This document shows, piece by piece, positions 58,476 through 64,000 of a stretch of DNA of 64,000 nucleotides. Both the position numbers and the translations under genes were made by a program. The first letter of the stretch is position 1, and each line of letters opens with the position of its first letter. The notes beneath the pieces are model-generated. The model saw only the letters and a program-made list of their open reading frames with translations, ran no database searches and was not told where the DNA came from. The DNA lies in the NCBI GenBank assembly GCA_049999805.1, contig JBNGIO010005977.1, forward strand, positions 42,077 to 106,076, read 5' to 3'. Origin of the DNA: Folioceros fuciformis (Eukaryota).

Positions 58476-61400
58476 ATGATCGCTACCACAGCCTGCATCC
58501 GGGGTGGAGTGCAGTTGTTGCGTTACAGTCGTGTGCGCCTTCGACTGGAGGTTGGCGCCGGCGGCTCCTTGCAGTCTCAAACAATCCCAAGGGGGGATTG
58601 GGGTCGATTGTCTCTTCACTTCATGGCCACTAAGGTATCGTGCTGTGTCCCAAAGTGCTTTGCAGCATGGGATCTGGCTTGCGTGGTTGTTGTCTGAGTG
58701 ATTGTTGTGATTTGCAGAGCGTTAAGAAGCGTCAGCAATGGAGAACTGTTCAACAAGACGATCCTCAAAAGGTGGTGGTAGCTGAGACCACCGGAGCACC
58801 GTTGGAGAAACCCCTTCCAGAGTTGAAGAAACCTGCAGGATTGGCCAAGGTGGAAACGAAGATAGTCGAGAAGAAGCCTGAAGCAAAACCTGAGGCTGTG
58901 AAACCACCTACTCCAGGAGGAGGAAGTAGATATCTTGCCGGGTCGTCGCCGAGAATGTGGGTTCCAAAATCTCCGACACCTGCCGTTCAGACGCCACCCA
59001 AGGCAGTGCATACTCCATCCACACCTCGTACTCTGAGCCATGATGCCAAGCTTGGAACCGATGCGGTGAAAGGGACCACGTCGGTTTCGGACAGACCAGC
59101 ACCGAAGCAAGCTGACAAGAACCTGAAGCAGTCTGACAAGCAGCAGAACAAGGATTCTGGAGAGAACAAGAAGGCTGCCGTGGCCCAAGCATTATTGAGA
59201 GCCACTTTCTATCCCAAGTTTGAGAATGAGAAGTCCGATCAAGAAGTCAGGTCAAGGGTGATCGAGGTGGTCTCAGCTGGTGAGGGTGTATTGGAGGTTT
59301 CTTTGAAGCACTCAGGATCTCTTTTCATGTATTCTGGTGACAAGGGTGGAGCATATGCCAAAAACAGTTATGGAAATCTTTACACAGCCACTGGTGTGTT
59401 TGTGTTGGGGCGGACGATTCAGGAGGCTTGGGGTCCACAAGCTGCAAAGAAGCAGCAAGAATTCAACAGGTATCTTGAGGAGAATCGCATATCCATTGCA
59501 ATGGAGCTAGTAACGGCTGTGTTGGGAGATCATGGTCAGCGTCCTTTGAAGGACTATGTTGTGGTAACAGCAGTAACCGATCTCACTGGGCAGCCTAGAT
59601 TCTTCTCCGCTCCTGATGTTGTGGCCTTCTGTCGTCGTTGGCGACTGCCCACAAATCACTTCTGGCTGTTCTCTTCAAAGAAGTCTGTTTCTGCCTTTTT
59701 CACAGCGTACGATGCTCTCTGCGAGGAAGGGCTTGCCACCAGTGTCTCTCGTACGCTGGATGAGATTTCAGATGCGTCTGTGCCGGCAACCAAGCCCCAC
59801 CAGGATGTCCAGGGAGAAATTCTTGAAGGTCTTGTGGCTCGAGTTGTATCTCCTGACGCATTAGTGCATATGAAGGAAACAAGTCAAGACCTGCCTCCTG
59901 CTCAAGGGCCTGAAGGTCCGGCGCCCCAGGTGGGGCTTCGGGAAATCTTTGCCGCTAACAAGATCAGTGAGAAAGATCAGATAAAGGCTGTTCTCGCCGC
60001 TGTCGGATCTGATTTTTGCCCAGATCGTTCCCAGTGGCTCAATGAAGAGGATGGTACTGTCCACACCGTGAAGAAGGCAGAGACCACAGCGCTATCGACT
60101 TTCTTGCAGGCTCAGCCTGCAGATAAAGTGACTGCTAAGGTCCAAGAAGTCATTCGATTTTTGAGGAAGAGAAACATGCACGTGCGGTTCAAATGCTCCC
60201 ATCATTCTGGTCAGAAAGGGGATGATGCTTTTCGGCTGACTATTCACGTACTTTCAGACGCTGTCTTCAGGAGATACCAGAATGAGTTGAAGAAGCACGC
60301 AAACCTTTGGCCATTGTACAGGGGCTTCTTTTTGGATGTTAGGTTCTGCGGCTCTGATGTCACCCCATATTCTGCTGATGAGGGTGATGTCAAAGCCATC
60401 ACGGACGTGGAGCAAACAGGCACGACTGAGAATTTGATGTTGAAGCTAAAGTTTCTACCTTATAAGCTTCGTACCTTTCTTATCCGGAATGGGTTGTCAA
60501 CTCTTTACTCAAAGGGACCAGCCTCATATCGGGAGTATTACACAAAGCAGATGAAGAACTGGGGCACGTCAGTAGAGAAGCGGAAAGATGTCAGCGAGCT
60601 CCTGAATGAATGGGCGAATTATATTACTGCCAAAACCGGAGGGAAGCAGTTGAGTAGTGATACTTACCTGTCAGAAGCAGAGCCATTCTTGGAAGCCTTT
60701 GCTCGGCGAAGTGTGAAAAACAAGCAGCTCGTGGGATCTGCTGGCAGTGTAGTCCATGTTGAAGATTTTCTTGCTGCAGAAAGGAGTTCAGAAGATGAAC
60801 TTGGGGAGGTGTTAGACGATAATACTTCAGCCCTTTCAGCTCCGCAACCAGAAGAACAGCTGAAGGCAAAAGGGTTGTTGGTCTTTTTCCCAGGAATTCC
60901 TGGATGTGCCAAGTCGGCCCTCTGCCAACAGGTGATGAGTCACAACAGGAATGGGTTTGGGGATGGGCGAAAGACGGCCACATTAATGGGCGATCTCATC
61001 AAGGGCAGGTATTGGCAGAGATTGGCAGCAGACCAGAAGAAGAACCCAAATACCATAATGTTGGCAGACAAGAATGCTCCAAACGATGACGTGTGGAAGC
61101 AGATTGAAACCATCTGTGAGAACACTCAGGCGCTTGGTGTGCCAGTTGTGTCGGAGTCAGAAGGCACTAGCTCAAATCCTTACGGTATTGATGACCTGGC
61201 TGTTTTCAGTTATCGGGTGTTGCAGCGCGTTAATCACCCAGGAAACTTGGACAAGAACTCTCCAACGCCAGGGTACGTTCTATTAATGTTCTATCATCTC
61301 TACGAGGGTACAGATCGGAAAGATTTTGAGGCTACACTGTTGGGAAAACATGGTCACCTTATCAAGCTTCCCCTGCTGAAAAAAGAGAGAGCACCACTGC

Positions 61401-62134
61401 CCACAGATGTCTCGAATGTTATCAAGGACGGGATTGCGTTGTTTAAGCGGCACAAAAGCAAGCACGGCAAATTGGATGCTCTGCAGGGAAGCTTCAAGAG
61501 TGATTGGGTAGCATGGGAGAAGCGTTTAAAGGAGACCCTGTTTGCAAATGCTGCACACTTGGATGCCATCCAGGTCCCGTTTGAGGAAGTAGCGAACTCC
61601 TTTGTTGTGCAACTGAAAGAGGTGGCAACAGGAGACAACCTCATGCATGTGGCTGTCGCAGAGGAGGAGCGGAACTTTAACAATGTAACTTTTGCTGCTA
61701 TTGCTTTACCACAAGAGGAGATCGTGGCTGCGCTAAATTCTCTCTCATTAGCTGATACTGCAGTCCAGGAATACCTCTCCGACAAGGCCATCGAGAAGAG
61801 TCTTCAGAGAGCGCACATCACGCTTGCTCATAAGCGAGCGCATGGGGTGGCTGCCGTAGCCAGCTACGGCGACGTACGAGGTGTAAATGTACCTGTGGAG
61901 CTGACTGCCATGTTGTTTTCAGACAAGCTGTGTGCGATAGAGGCGAACCTGAAGTGTGCCCCTGATCGTGCAGTCCTTTCTAGGAACGAATGGCCTCACA
62001 TTACTGTTTGGACAGATAAGGGGGTGGCGGCCAAGGAGGCAAATAGTCTGCCCTCCTTGGTTGATGCTGGAAAAGCACACCGTTTTCAGTTCCCGACTCC
62101 CAAAACTGTGGTGGGAAATGTGCAATTCCTTTGA
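58476..62134 (+). CDS. RNL: Plant tRNA ligase (ligase-kinase-cyclic phosphodiesterase), 2 exons
   Basis: ATFYPKFENEKSDQE, adenylylation motif KHSGSL, kinase P-loop GIPGCAKS, and CPDase HITL and HITV. Exon 1 is 58476-58634, a phase-0 GT-AG intron spans 58635-58717, and exon 2 is 58718-62134. Confidence 0.95.
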
Positions 62135-63098
62135 GTTAGATTTGGGGCCACTGTAAAGTTGGGTCTGGAAAGAGTTACCTGATGTTTGTGAGTAACACTG
62201 GGATTGTTGCCTTCGCAGCTGGCGAATGTCAAATCTAGAGTTTGTTAGCGGGCTAGTGAAAAAATCTATTCAGGAGCAGGCAGATGACCTATCTTGCAGC
62301 ATGGTTGAAAGTTTGGTGGAAAGAGCACTGAAAAAACACAGTTTGTGTTGAGAGTGACACGGAGTTTCTTGGCTTTGAAAGTGCAATTTGTGAATCTCAT
62401 GTTTGTTGTGAGCGGCCAGTGGAAGAGTTCTTGCTGCTCGGCACCATTTTACCCTCTTCACTTGCTCACTTCTATCTCTCTTTCTGTCTCCTTACTTCTC
62501 ACCATTTCTCTCTCGTTGCTCATTCGTCATCCAACGCCTTTCATACGGAGTCATCGATCGCTTCACGCACTGCCGTAAATCCTCTTTGGTAATCTGTACC
62601 CGTGAAAGACCTTTTAACCTTGTCGCATTCGAGGGGTGTGCTTGTTATTCCAAAGGCGTCATCGCATTAGAGAGGGAGTTACGTGCTTGCGCCTATTTCG
62701 AAGGCGTCACACATGGATAGTGACGGGGGCTTACGGCCAGCCAGCGCCCCAGGGATCGTTCTGTCATGCAATCGTAACTTCCGGGCCGCGATGCCGAATG
62801 GAAAGACTAGTAACAATCCGATTTCCAAATTTAATTTGTAGAGCTCCGGAGAACTCTGCCCAAAAAGTGAGATATGCCACTGTTTGTGTCCCGCGCACGG
62901 TATTCTTTAGTAAAAGGCGAAAGAATAGTTCGCTTTGCGTTGAACACGCGGCTCTGATGCATGAAGTGTGACCTCCTGTCTATATAGGATTCCTCGGGCT
63001 ACGCATACAGCAGGAACGATATGGGGTAATAAAATTCAATGCTGCAAGTAAAGATTCGTCGCTCTTTGATTCCGTTTTCTACCTTAGTCTTGCGCGTT

Positions 63099-63570
63099 AC
63101 ACAGAGGGCTAAGAAGACACAGAGGATTAAGAATATACAGGGGACTAAGAAGACACAGAGGACTAAGAAGAGACAGAGGATTAAGAAGACACGGGGGACT
63201 AAGAAGACACAGGGGACTAAGAAGAGACAGAGGATTAAGAATACACAGGGGACTAAGAAGACACAAGGGACTAAGAAGTGACAGAGGACTAAGAAGACAC
63301 AGGGGACTAAGAAGACACAGGGGACTAAGAAGACACAGAGGACTAAGAAGAGACAGAGGATTAAGAAGACACAGGGCACTAAGAAGACACAGAGGACTAA
63401 GAAGAGACAGAGGATTAAGAAGACACAGGGCACTATGTAGACACAGAGGACTAAGAAGAGACAGAGGATTAAGAAGGCACAGGGGACTAAGAAGACACAA
63501 AGGACTAAGAAGAGACAGAGGATTAAGAAGACACAGGGGACTAAGAAGACACAGAGGCATAAGAAGACAC
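63099..63570. repeat. 18-bp minisatellite (GACTAAGAAGACACAGAG consensus), about 26 copies
   Basis: Directly visible, with interleaved variant units. Confidence 0.92.
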
Positions 63571-64000
63571 GGATGTATTGACAATGGGGTACATCTTTCA
63601 AACATGCTGCTCGGGACAAAATTCAGTGCCGGTCCCAGGTGACAATAGCACGAAAAATTACAAAAGACTAGTTTGTGGACGCAGGTGGGCAAGATGCGTT
63701 CTCATTGGATCCGGTATCGTTTCAGTCCATAACTACTCACAACCTAGTGGTAAAGGGAGACCCTCCAAGGAGAAGCCTGCGGTTGGAGAATTCCGCCGCT
63801 CTAGAAATCAGCGACAATCATCAGCGACAACAAAAATGGAACGGCGCAATGCAACTCAAGGTGTGCCCTTAGGGGGGTCAAACAATCACACAATCCTCCC
63901 TGAACCGACAGAGAACCCGCACCACATACACGCCCATCATCGGCGGCTAGCTCTCTTCCATGGCTCTACAGTAGCAGAACGACAATCTCCTCTCCCGGTC

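Noticed and set aside
62999..63692. ORFs of about 200 aa rich in Leu/Cys/Val on the minus strand
   Set aside because: They are translations of the 18-bp minisatellite, with no independent evidence of coding.

Overview
Eukaryotic, land-plant nuclear DNA. The gene-dense layout with mostly ~80-120 nt introns suggests a compact seed-free plant genome such as a hornwort, liverwort or lycophyte (inference). There are three 100-N assembly gaps. Host genes: p23 co-chaperone, nucleotide-sugar/sugar-phosphate translocator, EMC6, ABCG24/28-type half transporter, intronless BUB3 head-to-head with an ISWI (CHR11/17-type) remodeler, beta-amylase, RBR E3 ligase, a nearly intronless tRNA ligase, and two decayed pectin methylesterase copies about 56 kb apart. 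Two transposon islands interrupt the genes. Island 1 (about 15.3-23.5 kb) is a decayed Sola/DUF7869-like DDD transposase split in frame by a non-autonomous chromodomain LTR element whose RT/RNase H/integrase core is replaced by simple and telomere-like repeats. Island 2 (about 37.3-54.4 kb) holds a PIF/Harbinger remnant and a non-chromovirus Ty3/gypsy element with a long extra ORF that is split by a Ty1/copia element. Two introns carry minor-spliceosome (U12) signatures. All calls come from reading and translating the sequence by eye; no searches were run.
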